Assembly (NCBI RefSeq): GCF_004010195.1
Contig: NC_057758.1
Span: 4,766,043 to 4,828,042 of the forward strand
DNA: 62,000 bases
Reading direction: 5' to 3'
Origin: Chiloscyllium plagiosum
Taxonomy: Eukaryota
Below, piece by piece: positions 13,189-24,590 of this stretch. The notes beneath the pieces were generated by a model. It was not told the DNA's origin and made no database searches. It saw only the letters and a list, made by a program, of their open reading frames with translations. How positions within the stretch are numbered: the stretch's first letter is position 1; every line of letters begins with the position of its first letter. Made by a program: the position numbers and the translations under genes.

Positions 13189-13280
13189 GATGGTAGAGTG
13201 AAGGACATGTCACTCTGCTGTACGTTTCCATGTTGGATGGTAGAGTGAAGGACATGTCACTCTGCTGTACGTTTCCATGT
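13189..13280. repeat. Tandem duplication: two identical 45-bp copies, period 47
   Basis: GATGGTAGAGTGAAGGACATGTCACTCTGCTGTACGTTTCCATGT at 13189-13233 and 13236-13280. Confidence 0.95.
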
Positions 13281-13799
13281 GTGCAACAACTCCAATGGTT
13301 CAACTCCCCTTCAAGCCACTCAGGATCCCGACTTGGAAGTGTCCCGCCTTCACGGAACGTGGTTGGGTCAGTAACCGAGTATTCCCTTCCTAATGCCATT
13401 GTGGTCTTAATTGCAAACCTGACATTAGCAGCTCAAGAGGCAGATCACTTACCACCTTCAAAAAGGGGTGAGACTGAGCAGAGCAACAATTTCTGGCAAA
13501 GACCACATCCCATGAGTGAATCAAAAACAACTAACGTGATTGCGCTGTACGTAGCAATGTGTCAGGCAAGCTGTTTCACTTCCTCTTCTTGCCAAAAGCC
13601 ACCGGTGCATCACTGAGTCTGTCATCAATTTTGAGTTCTTCCAGGTGCAGTCCTTCCTGACTGTGGACTTAGCTGCCATCACCTCTTTTTACTTATAGAG
13701 AAAGAGTGGTCAAGCGCAATGCAGCAGCGTTGAATGTGTAACGTGAATCCGAGCACAACTGCTGTGGCTGCAACAAGATGTCAACGAGACCCTGCCATT

Positions 13800-15680
13800 T
13801 AGAGTCATGGAGTCATGCACCACAGAAACAGACTCTATGGTTCAGCTCTTCCATGCAATGCAAGTTTACCAAACTTAACTAGTCTCGTTTGGTTGCATTG
13901 CGTCCTCATCATTTTCAACCATTTCTATTCATGTATCTCTCCAAATGTATTTTAACTATTGAAACAACCTGCATCTACCATTTCTCCTGGCAGATCGTTG
14001 CACAGAGAACTACTCCCTTTTAAATCTTCCTTCTCTTACGTTAAAATTATTCCCTTTACTTTTGAAGTTCCCAAATACAAGGAAAAGGTTTTGTTATTTA
14101 GCTTGTCTCTGCCCACTGTGATTTTGTAACACGCTGGAAAGTCAACCATCAGCTGCCTACGCTTCAGCGAGAAAGTGTCCAACCTCGTGCTTTAACTCAA
14201 TACCCCCCCCACCCCCAGTCCTGGAAAGATCTTTGTCAAGCCTTTCTGCATGATCTTCAATTTAGTAATATCCCTTCTATGACAGGGCCATCGGAAATGT
14301 ACTTGGTACTTCAAAAGTGGCCTCGTCAACCTTTTGTCCAACCACAACATGACGTCCTACACGCAAAACCAATGAAGTCAAGCGGGTCAAACGCTTTCTC
14401 TAACATCCTGCCGACCTGGGAAGCATGTTTCAAAGAACTATGCATCTGAAAGCTTAGATCTCGCTACTCAATAGCACTCCCAAGGTCCCTGCCGTTCGCT
14501 GTATAAGTCTTTGTTTCTTTTTCTAATCAAAATGCAATACATCACCTTTAGAGTCGTAGCTATGCCCAGCACTGAAACCGACTCTCCAGTCAAACTAATC
14601 CATGCCGATCAGATGTCCGAAATTATTCTGGCCCCATTTGCCAGCATTTGGCGGAAATGACTCTAAACCCTTCCTGTCAATGTCCCCACTCAGATGCCTT
14701 TCAGTGTTGCCATTGCATCAGCCTACATCGCATCCTTGGGCAGGTAACTCCATGGACATACTATCCGTTGCATGGAACAGGTCACCTTTAAATCATTCCC
14801 TTCTCACTTTAAACCTATACCCTCTAGTTTAAGATTACCCTGATGAAACAACCTTACTCTTCCGCCTACCCATGCCTCTCATAACTTTATAATCTGAATA
14901 CACCCCTCAGTTCCCGATGGTGTAGAGAAAATGCCTCAAAACTATTTCGCCTCTCCACAAAGCTGAAAACCTCCGACTCTGGCAGTTTTCTTTCAAATCT
15001 TTTCTGAACCCTTTTCAACTTTAAAAACTTCCTTCTAACAGCGAGGAGATGAGAATTGAATGCAGAATTGCAAAAGTGACCAAACCAATGCCACATACAG
15101 CAGGAACATGGTCTCCCAACTCCTGTGCTCAATGCACTGACCAATAAAGGCGAGTGGACCAAAAGCAGTTTTCGTTTTTCTTCTACTTACTTCTCCACCT
15201 TCACAGAGCTAACCTTTGTTGGGCAATACTCCCCAGGACATTAGCATTAAGTCGAAAAGTCCTGCCCTAATTTGGCCTCTAAATAAGTAACAACTCAAAA
15301 TGGATTCAACGCCATCTTCCACTGCTCAGTCCATAAGCCAAAATTGATCATGATACATTTGTAATCTTCCAAACATTTCCCTACTGTCGAATGCACCACC
15401 AAATTTGATGTCATCTACAAATTTGCGGACCATATGTTCTTATACATCTTGTTTGCATTAATGATGAACAATAGGGGGCCAGGAAAGAGAACTGTCGAGC
15501 ACCACTGCTCATAGGCCTCCAGTCCAAAAATTAACCTTTCACCAGTACAGTCTGTCTCCTACCGTCAACCTAATTTTGTATCTATTAGGGGAGCTAACTC
15601 GTCTCATCAGTCTAATACGCGTCAGCTTGTCAAAGACTTTACTAAGGTTAATGTAGATAACCTGCTCTCCACGTCCAAAA
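13800..15680 (-). mobile_element. Nested degraded CR1-type LINE 3' fragments
   Basis: KFVDDIKFGG (~15420), KRVQKRF and INLSKVFDK remnants on the minus strand; two separate 3' tails. Confidence 0.7.
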
Positions 15681-15744
15681 TGAAACCTGCAAGTTTGAAG
15701 CAGAAACAAGATGAGGAAAGGAGACAGACATTCATGCAATAAGT

Positions 15745-15750
15745 TTTATT
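15745..15750 (-). terminator. Polyadenylation signal of the defensin-like gene
   Basis: AATAAA on the minus strand about 100 nt after the stop, followed by a GT/T-rich downstream element (TGTCTGTCTCCTTTCC). Confidence 0.75.
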
Positions 15751-15850
15751 CAGACTGTTCAGGAAGCTGCGTGCAAGCGTTCATTTCAAGCATTGGGAAT
15801 CCACACAGCTCTCATTAGAGGAAATAGGTTTTAATGCAAGACCGTCCTCT

Positions 15851-15984
15851 TCACGGTAAAAAGTAAGGTTCCCCAACAGGACGGACCTTGCAGCAACGGA
15901 CATTCGCTGAGCATTTCCAGGGCAGTTCGTCTTCATTTGGCGGACACCAGCCAGTTCTGCAGACCCCATTATGTCTCTCACAAG
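15851..15984 (-). CDS. Beta-defensin-like peptide, exon 2 (mature six-cysteine domain)
   Basis: Acceptor TTCCTTCATTTGTTTTCAG| then, in phase 1, CERHNGVCRTGWCPPNEDELPWKCSANVRCCKVRPVGEPYFLP*. Cysteine spacing C-x6-C-x4-C-x10-C-x5-CC is the beta-defensin pattern. Confidence 0.88.
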
Positions 15985-16170
15985 CTGAAAACAAATGAAG
16001 GAAGGAGTGAAAGCAGGCTCATCGATACCGCTGGTCAGGCCGTGCCTTGGCATGGCTTGGTAAACCAGTAAACATGCGCGCTGCTCAATCGGCTCTTTGA
16101 CAAAGTGAAACAAGGGCTGGTTCCAGAGATGCTCGGTCACAGGCAATCAAACCTTGGTTTGCGTGGAGCA

Positions 16171-16512
16171 CAGCTGAAACAGGATGGTCTACACCTGAAC
16201 CTGAGGGGCACCAGTATCCATGGTGGGAGGTTTGCTAGTGCTCTTGGGGGGGGGGGGGTTTAAACTAACTCTGCAGGGGCATGGGAACCCAGACTGTAGC
16301 TTTAAGGTGCAGGACCTGGAGTGTAGGGAGGTTAGGAACATGGCATCAATTTCAAAGGAGGGTGCCTGTAAACAGGAAAGTGGTTTGAAGTGTGTATACT
16401 TCAATGCAAGAAGTATACGAAATAAGGTAGATGAACTTGCAGCGTGGGTTGGTACCTGGGACTTCGATGTTGTGGCTATTACGGAGACATGGGTAGAACA
16501 GGGACAGGATTG
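16171..16512 (+). mobile_element. Internal CR1 LINE fragment (ORF1 end and ORF2 start) within the defensin intron
   Basis: DGLHLNLRGT followed by LKCVYFNARSIRNKVDELAAWVGTWDFDVVAITETW. Confidence 0.85.
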
Positions 16513-17336
16513 GGGCACGGGCCATTGTGATTGTAGGGTTCAGAAGATCTGGTGCGACTTCTTGGTAAACACTCTTTCTAAGGTCGCTCCAGACTTGTCA
16601 GACCAAATGGCCAATTTCCCTCGTACAGGGATTCTGAGTTTGGACTGTGGTACATTATAAGGGTAGGAAGGACAAAGGGAGTGGAAGAAATTGGAAAAGA
16701 TCATATAATCAATGGAAGATGTCTCAGTGATACACCAAGTGAATGGGAAATGTGAGTTTCTTCTTGGTAAACAATCGCAGATCTTGTAACTACTTTTAAC
16801 AAACTCGTTTAAACATGTTAGGGCACACTGCAGGAGCAGGCAGCACTTGAAACCAAGTGTTCTAGTCCAGAAATAGTGAAATGCTCGCTGCATCACTAGG
16901 TTTCTTACAATTAAGACTGCTTTGTAAACCAGCAATCCAAGATTACCTTAGATAATCGAAAAAAAAGAGTTCTAATTTGAATTATCAGGCTTTCCACGTC
17001 CCCACGTTAGAAAAGAAACAGAACGAAGGAACACTAATGGGTACGAGGAACATGCGAACAGCAGTAGACCACTCAGTCCCTCCAGCTGAATGCATATTTC
17101 AGGGAGTTCATGCGGTCATCACTCCTTATTATTGCCTTTTGCATATATCTCTGAATATGTTTGCTTTACAAAGAAAACTTTGTTTTAAGTTAACAACTGA
17201 TAGAGAATCCGTTTCCAATTTTTGGGCACGTGTCCCCACCCTGCACCACACTTCGTTTGTAGAACCACAGAGATCAGCGTTGATCAATTGATTGGAAGAC
17301 TTGAGGGCTCTGTATAGGTTGAGAACTGATACTTAC

Positions 17337-17433
17337 TACCTCGGATTACCGCCCTCGCTCCTATCCCTTCATCGCTCTTGCTGGACTTGTTCAGCACTAT
17401 GAGCCCAACGAGAATGAGATAAGCTTTCCACAT
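17337..17433 (-). CDS. Beta-defensin-like peptide, exon 1 (signal peptide and short pro-piece)
   Basis: ATG at 17433; MWKAYLILVGLIVLNKSSKSDEGIGARAVIRG plus 1 nt, then a perfect GTAAGT donor at 17336-17331. The phase matches exon 2 (A|CT = Thr); intron is 1352 bp. Confidence 0.82.
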
Positions 17434-17485
17434 TCTGATGTCTCTCCTCCTCGGGATTGTAATGAAATGGCTGGTGAGTCGGCGC

Positions 17486-17493
17486 TATTTAAA
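17486..17493 (-). promoter_or_regulatory. TATA-like box of the defensin-like gene
   Basis: TTTAAATA on the minus strand, followed by GCGCCG, about 55 nt upstream of the ATG. Confidence 0.5.
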
Positions 17494-19737
17494 TTAAAAA
17501 CCAAAGTACTCAGCAGCATGACAAAGAGCAAATCATTAATGGAGATGTATGGTAACTGGAATCAAAGAGTGGCTTTGTCTCCTGTTCTGTTTCTCATTAA
17601 TCAGAGAGTCTGCAAATATCTGTCTAATTTACTCTTGTCTTTCCCAGCTTGTCTCACACGTCGCTCTCTGGAGAAAATGTCCTGTTATTACTGCAACTAG
17701 GTAATATTTAGGGTGGTGGCATTCGAATCTCACCAGAAAGGTTTCTGATTTTCACCCTTGCACTTCCCACCTAGCGACTGAAACTTTCTGATTCCGTTGG
17801 GTTGACACATTGCAGTCTTGATGACGGGATAGTACAGACAGCAAGGCACCATTCCCCATAGTAGGTGTATCATTGACAAATGAGAGTGGCTTCCAAGAAA
17901 GAGGATTCAAGTGGAAATGACAATCGAAAGCCCCTGAAATAAAATGGGTAATCTGTGTTTGGTCTTCAAATCTAAGGCTCTTGCGGAGCTCTAGCTGCGG
18001 AACAATCGATGTTTAGTTTAAGACTTTCAAATGCACGTAAGAAATGGGATCATGATCAGACCCCTTGAGAGTGCTCCATCATTCCTCTCATCCACATACG
18101 TGCGTGTTCACTGTCACCATTGATTCAGTACCCTGAACTGTCTCTGCCTTAAACATACACAATCACTCGATGCAAAACGCTCTCTGGCCAGGTCTTCGAA
18201 AGATTTTCATCTCTCTGAGAGAAAACAGTTCTCCTCATCTCCGTCTCAAATTGGCGGTCAATTTTTTTTTCTGAGTATATATCCTAGGTTTTCCCATGAT
18301 GGGAAACATAATTTGTGCTCTCAAGCACCTTAAGAATCCAATAGGACAAGCATCTGAACGAGAGGAACTAGAGAGTAATGACGAAGAATTCGCTGGGAAA
18401 ATTCAGCATGCGTGGGAGCATCTGTGGAGAGAAATCATCGTTACCAATTTGGTCCTTTAACCCTTTTTCATCAATTTTAGAGAATTTTATCAGCAGTTTC
18501 TGTTTGTATTTCCAATTTCCCGCATGCATAGTTCTATGTGTCGGAGAATTGTTCAATTTCAAATAAAGCTCACATGCAGACCTGGTGAATTTGACGCACT
18601 TGTTACTCCACAGTATCCGAGGAAGGGTGCGGCGATAGTTCAGTTACAGAAGGGCCGCCCCGCACTGATGAGTCGTAACCTCATTGCTCAATTATAGGCG
18701 TGTGCAGTTTGTAAAGGGTTATAAATCGTTGGTAGCTGATTACAAAAGAATACAGGTCTAACTACGGTAAATAATAATATTGAAAAGGGCGAATGATACT
18801 ATTGGTTTGACGGCACCGATTATTTTAACAAACAGCCACATCCTGTGCATAATTGCTTATGACCTGTGGTCATCAATATCAAGTACTTTGTTTAAACTTG
18901 TCTGTGGGACCGTTGGTTTAGCTGGGGTTCCCCACAGAGAGAGAAACCCTCAGGGTGCCTGCCAATGGGTGTGGGTCAGCGAGAGAATCCCATCAGCAGG
19001 TCGTTAAGTTATCGTCTTTCGTCCGAGTAGGAAATGGCTTGTTCACAATAAATTCACGAGTATAGCTTGGGTCATCACTGATATTGTGGTATGTCCCCCT
19101 CTTCGCTAGGGGAAATGGTTTCCGAAATCAAAAGGGTATCCCCTTTTCCCACACTGTGCTTTTTTTTTCATTATTGGTTGCAAAATAATGATGTTGGATT
19201 TATGTGAAGAAAATTAAGACGAAATTCGCGTTGAACATCTATCAATGTAATTTGCAGATGAAGCAGCATTGTTCCTGATCATATATCGGCTGCTGCGAGG
19301 TTATTATTATTGCACTGGCAACATCAGGTGCGAGACTGGGAATGATAACCCAGTTATCATTCCACCTCCTCACTCCGCCAGTCTCTCCCACCTTAGCCAC
19401 TGTTCGAGGGTTTGTGGATGCGAGCCGAGGCCAACTCATCATTCCACTCCCAACTCCATTTGCTCTCCAACAACAGGATGCTGCTTTCCTTGATCATGCA
19501 TTGCCCTCTTATTCTCCTTCCTGGTTATTGTAACAACGTGTCGAACTACCTTTGGATTCATGAATCGCGTGGAACATTCAGAATCATCACTTCCTCTCAG
19601 TAAAAGGCGTATCAATAGTTCTGAAACATTAGCCCGGGACATGCGCACACGGAAAACGGGACCACACTGATGTTCCTCCTCAAGTGTTTTCCTGGTCTAC
19701 ATAAGCGGATTAATTACTCCAATTCAATAACCACAAC

Positions 19738-22700
19738 TTACCTAATAACACCCCATCCTCCCACCCCTCCAACCACTTTCTCACCATTACATTACCTAAT
19801 AACACCCCATCCTCCCACCCCTCCAACCACTTTCTCACCACTACATTACCTAATAACACCCCATCCTCCCTCCCCTCCAACCACTTTCTCACCACTACAT
19901 TACCTAATAACACCCCATCCTCCCTCCCCTCCAACCACTTTCTCACCACTACATTACCTAATAACACCCCATCCTCCCTCCCCTCCAACCACTTTCTCAC
20001 CACTACATTACCTAATAACACCCCATCCTCCCTCCCCTCCAACCACTTTCTCACCACTACATTACCTAATAACACCCCATCCTCCCTCCCCTCCAACCAC
20101 TTTCTCACCACTACATTACCTAATAACACCCCATCCTCCCTCCCCTCCAACCACTTTCTCACCACTACATTACCTAATAACACCCCATCCTCCCTCCCCT
20201 CCAACCACTTTCTCACCACTACATTACCTAATAACACCCCATCCTCCCTCCCCTCCAACCACTTTCTCACCACTACATTACCTAATAACACCCCATCCTC
20301 CCTCCCCTCCAACCACTTTCTCACCACTACATTACCTAATAACACCCCATCCTCCCTCCCCTCCAACCACTTTCTCACCACTACATTACCTAATAACACC
20401 CCATCCTCCCTCCCCTCCAACCACTTTCTCACCACTACATTACCTAATAACACCCCATCCTCCCTCCCCTCCAACCACTTTCTCACCACTACATTACCTA
20501 ATAACACCCCATCCTCCCTCCCCTCCAACCACTTTCTCACCACTACATTACCTAATAACACCCCATCCTCCCTCCCCTCCAACCACTTTCTCACCACTAC
20601 ATTACCTAATAACACCCCATCCTCCCTCCCCTCCAACCACTTTCTCACCACTACATTACCTAATAACACCCCATCCTCCCTCCCCTCCAACCACTTTCTC
20701 ACCACTACATTACCTAATAACACCCCATCCTCCCTCCCCTCCAACCACTTTCTCACCACTACATTACCTAATAACACCCCATCCTCCCTCCCCTCCAACC
20801 ACTTTCTCACCACTACATTACCTAATAACACCCCATCCTCCCTCCCCTCCAACCACTTTCTCACCACTACATTACCTAATAACACCCCATCCTCCCTCCC
20901 CTCCAACCACTTTCTCACCACTACATTACCTAATAACACCCCATCCTCCCTCCCCTCCAACCACTTTCTCACCACTACATTACCTAATAACACCCCATCC
21001 TCCCTCCCCTCCAACCACTTTCTCACCACTACATTACCTAATAACACCCCATCCTCCCTCCCCTCCAACCACTTTCTCACCACTACATTACCTAATAACA
21101 CCCCATCCTCCCTCCCCTCCAACCACTTTCTCACCACTACATTACCTAATAACACCCCATCCTCCCTCCCCTCCAACCACTTTCTCACCACTACATTACC
21201 TAATAACACCCCATCCTCCCTCCCCTCCAACCACTTTCTCACCACTACATTACCTAATAACACCCCATCCTCCCTCCCCTCCAACCACTTTCTCACCACT
21301 ACATTACCTAATAACACCCCATCCTCCCTCCCCTCCAACCACTTTCTCACCACTACATTACCTAATAACACCCCATCCTCCCTCCCCTCCAACCACTTTC
21401 TCACCACTACATTACCTAATAACACCCCATCCTCCCTCCCCTCCAACCACTTTCTCACCACTACATTACCTAATAACACCCCATCCTCCCTCCCCTCCAA
21501 CCACTTTCTCACCACTACATTACCTAATAACACCCCATCCTCCCTCCCCTCCAACCACTTTCTCACCACTACATTACCTAATAACACCCCATCCTCCCTC
21601 CCCTCCAACCACTTTCTCACCACTACATTACCTAATAACACCCCATCCTCCCTCCCCTCCAACCACTTTCTCACCACTACATTACCTAATAACACCCCAT
21701 CCTCCCTCCCCTCCAACCACTTTCTCACCACTACATTACCTAATAACACCCCATCCTCCCTCCCCTCCAACCACTTTCTCACCACTACATTACCTAATAA
21801 CACCCCATCCTCCCTCCCCTCCAACCACTTTCTCACCACTACATTACCTAATAACACCCCATCCTCCCTCCCCTCCAACCACTTTCTCACCACTACATTA
21901 CCTAATAACACCCCATCCTCCCTCCCCTCCAACCACTTTCTCACCACTACATTACCTAATAACACCCCATCCTCCCTCCCCTCCAACCACTTTCTCACCA
22001 CTACATTACCTAATAACACCCCATCCTCCCTCCCCTCCAACCACTTTCTCACCACTACATTACCTAATAACACCCCATCCTCCCTCCCCTCCAACCACTT
22101 TCTCACCACTACATTACCTAATAACACCCCATCCTCCCTCCCCTCCAACCACTTTCTCACCACTACATTACCTAATAACACCCCATCCTCCCTCCCCTCC
22201 AACCACTTTCTCACCACTACATTACCTAATAACACCCCATCCTCCCTCCCCTCCAACCACTTTCTCACCACTACATTACCTAATAACACCCCATCCTCCC
22301 TCCCCTCCAACCACTTTCTCACCACTACATTACCTAATAACACCCCATCCTCCCTCCCCTCCAACCACTTTCTCACCACTACATTACCTAATAACACCCC
22401 ATCCTCCCTCCCCTCCAACCACTTTCTCACCACTACATTACCTAATAACACCCCATCCTCCCTCCCCTCCAACCACTTTCTCACCACTACATTACCTAAT
22501 AACACCCCATCCTCCCTCCCCTCCAACCACTTTCTCACCACTACATTACCTAATAACACCCCATCCTCCCTCCCCTCCAACCACTTTCTCACCACTACAT
22601 TACCTAATAACACCCCATCCTCCCTCCCCTCCAACCACTTTCTCACCACTACATTACCTAATAACACCCCATCCTCCCTCCCCTCCAACCACTTTCTCAC

Positions 22701-23247
22701 CACTACATTACCTAATAACACCCCATCCTCCCTCCCCTCCAACCACTTTCTCACCACTACATTACCTAATAACACCCCATCCTCCCTCCCCTCCAACCAC
22801 TTTCTCACCACTACATTACCTAATAACACCCCATCCTCCCTCCCCTCCAACCACTTTCTCACCACTACATTACCTAATAACACCCCATCCTCCCTCCCCT
22901 CCAACCACTTTCTCACCACTACATTACCTAATAACACCCCATCCTCCCTCCCCTCCAACCACTTTCTCACCACTACATTACCTAATAACACCCCATCCTC
23001 CCTCCCCTCCAACCACTTTCTCACCACTACATTACCTAATAACACCCCATCCTCCCTCCCCTCCAACCACTTTCTCACCACTACATTACCTAATAACACC
23101 CCATCCTCCCTCCCCTCCAACCACTTTCTCACCACTACATTACCTAATAACACCCCATCCTCCCACCCCTCCAACCACTTTCACACCACTACATTACCTA
23201 ATAACACCCCATCCTCTCACCCCTCCAACCACTTTCTCACCACTACA
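19738..23247. repeat. Minisatellite, 65 copies of a 54-bp unit
   Basis: Unit TTACCTAATAACACCCCATCCTCCCTCCCCTCCAACCACTTTCTCACCACTACA; 3510 bp = 65 x 54; variants seen only in units 1, 2, 64 and 65. Confidence 0.98.
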
Positions 23248-23366
23248 TTTGGATATTATCCCCAATCCTACTGATGTGGACCACATTCGTTTGGCGTGCT
23301 GCCACGATATTGGAACAGATCTTGACATTTGACGGTCAGCACATGTAATTATGTTTTCAATCTGCA

Positions 23367-24590
23367 TTAGAATTTACTGAGTGTTTCCAATTGCGTCAGT
23401 GGAGAGTTCGCCATGAGCTTTTGCTGTTCTCTGAACTTTGACTGCGTTACGACATAAATTGCAGTGTTTGTGCAGCAACTGAGGAGCAGAAGCATACATC
23501 CCAATTCCCATACATAACGATGTGGATGCATTGACTTATATCCCAGGCGGAACACCCGGTTCCATACACAATATACCATTAATATGGACAAAGGGAGAAT
23601 GAAATTTCCTGATGTTACAAAGAGTAAAATGATAGATTTCCTTCGGGTCCCCATTTTTTGGATATTTGTGACTCTTGTCAGTGTTATGAAGGCCATGACT
23701 CTTGTGCACTCGAATAGCCACCAAAATATGTTTGACCGTTAAGACGTTAAGCAGCAGAATGAGAACAACTGGAACACCTGGCGTTAAGATGTGATCAGGG
23801 AATTCGATGCAACCCCAAACTTGTGAGAATTATGCATTCTCTGTAATCGCACAAAGCCAAGGGTCATTACCAACTGAATATTGATGTGGCAACATAAAAT
23901 ACCAGAAAATATTCTTTCGGCGATCTAGGGCAGTCACAGTTCCCAGAATCAAAGCCTCTGCTTTCTAAGCACAATAGTGTGTTTACAGCCTATGGCAACA
24001 AAGAGACACCAATCGATCAAAAGTAAAACTGACGGTGAACCAAAGAGTAAGTGGCAACATAAAGCAAGGTAGCATGGACATTACAAACGGGTGACTTGTG
24101 TGTGATAAACAATTGGAATGTGCCGAAATACCAAGTCAAAGATAATCACCATCAGTATTAGATGGAGGGTAATGCATAACTACCTCGCAACATGATCACA
24201 ATCACATTACATTACATTATACATTTAGATTACATTATTATATTACTTTTTTTTACATTAGATTACATTACATTACCGTGTGGAAACAGGCCCTTCGGCC
24301 CAACAAGTCCACACCGCCCCACCGAAGCGCAACACACCCATACCCCTACATTTACCCCTAACCTAACACTACGGGCAATTTAGCATGGCCAATTCACCTG
24401 ACCTGCACATCTTTTGGACTGTGGGAGGAAACCGGAGCACCCGGAGGAAACCCATGCAGACACGGGGAGAATGTGCAAACTCTACACAGTCAGTCGCCTG
24501 AGGCGGGAATTGAACCCGGGTCTCTGGCGCTGTGAGGCAGCAGTGCTAACCACCGTGCCATCGTGCCACCCACAATCGTCACGGGGTTTA
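23367..24590 (-). pseudogene. Class A GPCR pseudogene (GPR139/GPR142-like family), main coding exon, interrupted by a SINE
   Basis: Acceptor TTCACAG| at 24591, then (V)NPVTIV[SINE]IMLRG, LMVIIFDLVFRHIPIVY (TM2), WFTVSFTFDRLVSLCC (TM3), HRL*THYCA* stops, RRKSIILLFVTSGNFIL (TM6), LLSCCTNTAIYVVTQSKFREQ (TM7/helix 8), stop at 23367. Confidence 0.85.
24204..24570 (-). mobile_element. HE1-type SINE inserted in the GPCR exon, with expanded tail
   Basis: Full SINE; 7-bp target-site duplication CACAATC at 24197-24203 and 24571-24577. Confidence 0.95.

Noticed and set aside
15781..16146. 121-aa minus-strand ORF from the track
   Set aside because: It starts in intron sequence and crosses defensin exon 2 in a different frame; the spliced frame explains the region better.
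19258..19493. Cys-rich plus-strand ORF ending CSPTTGCCFP with a GYYYC motif
   Set aside because: Cysteine spacing fits neither a defensin nor an Ig domain, and there is no leader exon or poly(A) signal; probably chance.
19570..19700. Harbinger transposase-like snippet (EEHQCGPVFRVRMSRANVSELL, minus strand)
   Set aside because: Only one short motif and no DDE region; cannot be supported without a search.
19738..23247. CRISPR array or immunoglobulin switch region
   Set aside because: Head-to-tail repeats with no unique spacers in a eukaryote; no AGCT motifs and no Ig exons nearby.
19670..23332. 1220-aa Pro/Thr-rich mucin-like ORF (+) and 1154-aa ORF (-)
   Set aside because: Both arise from a 54-bp unit (a multiple of 3). 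With no G on the plus strand only TAA stops are possible. There is no signal peptide, no flanking domain and no synonymous variation between units.
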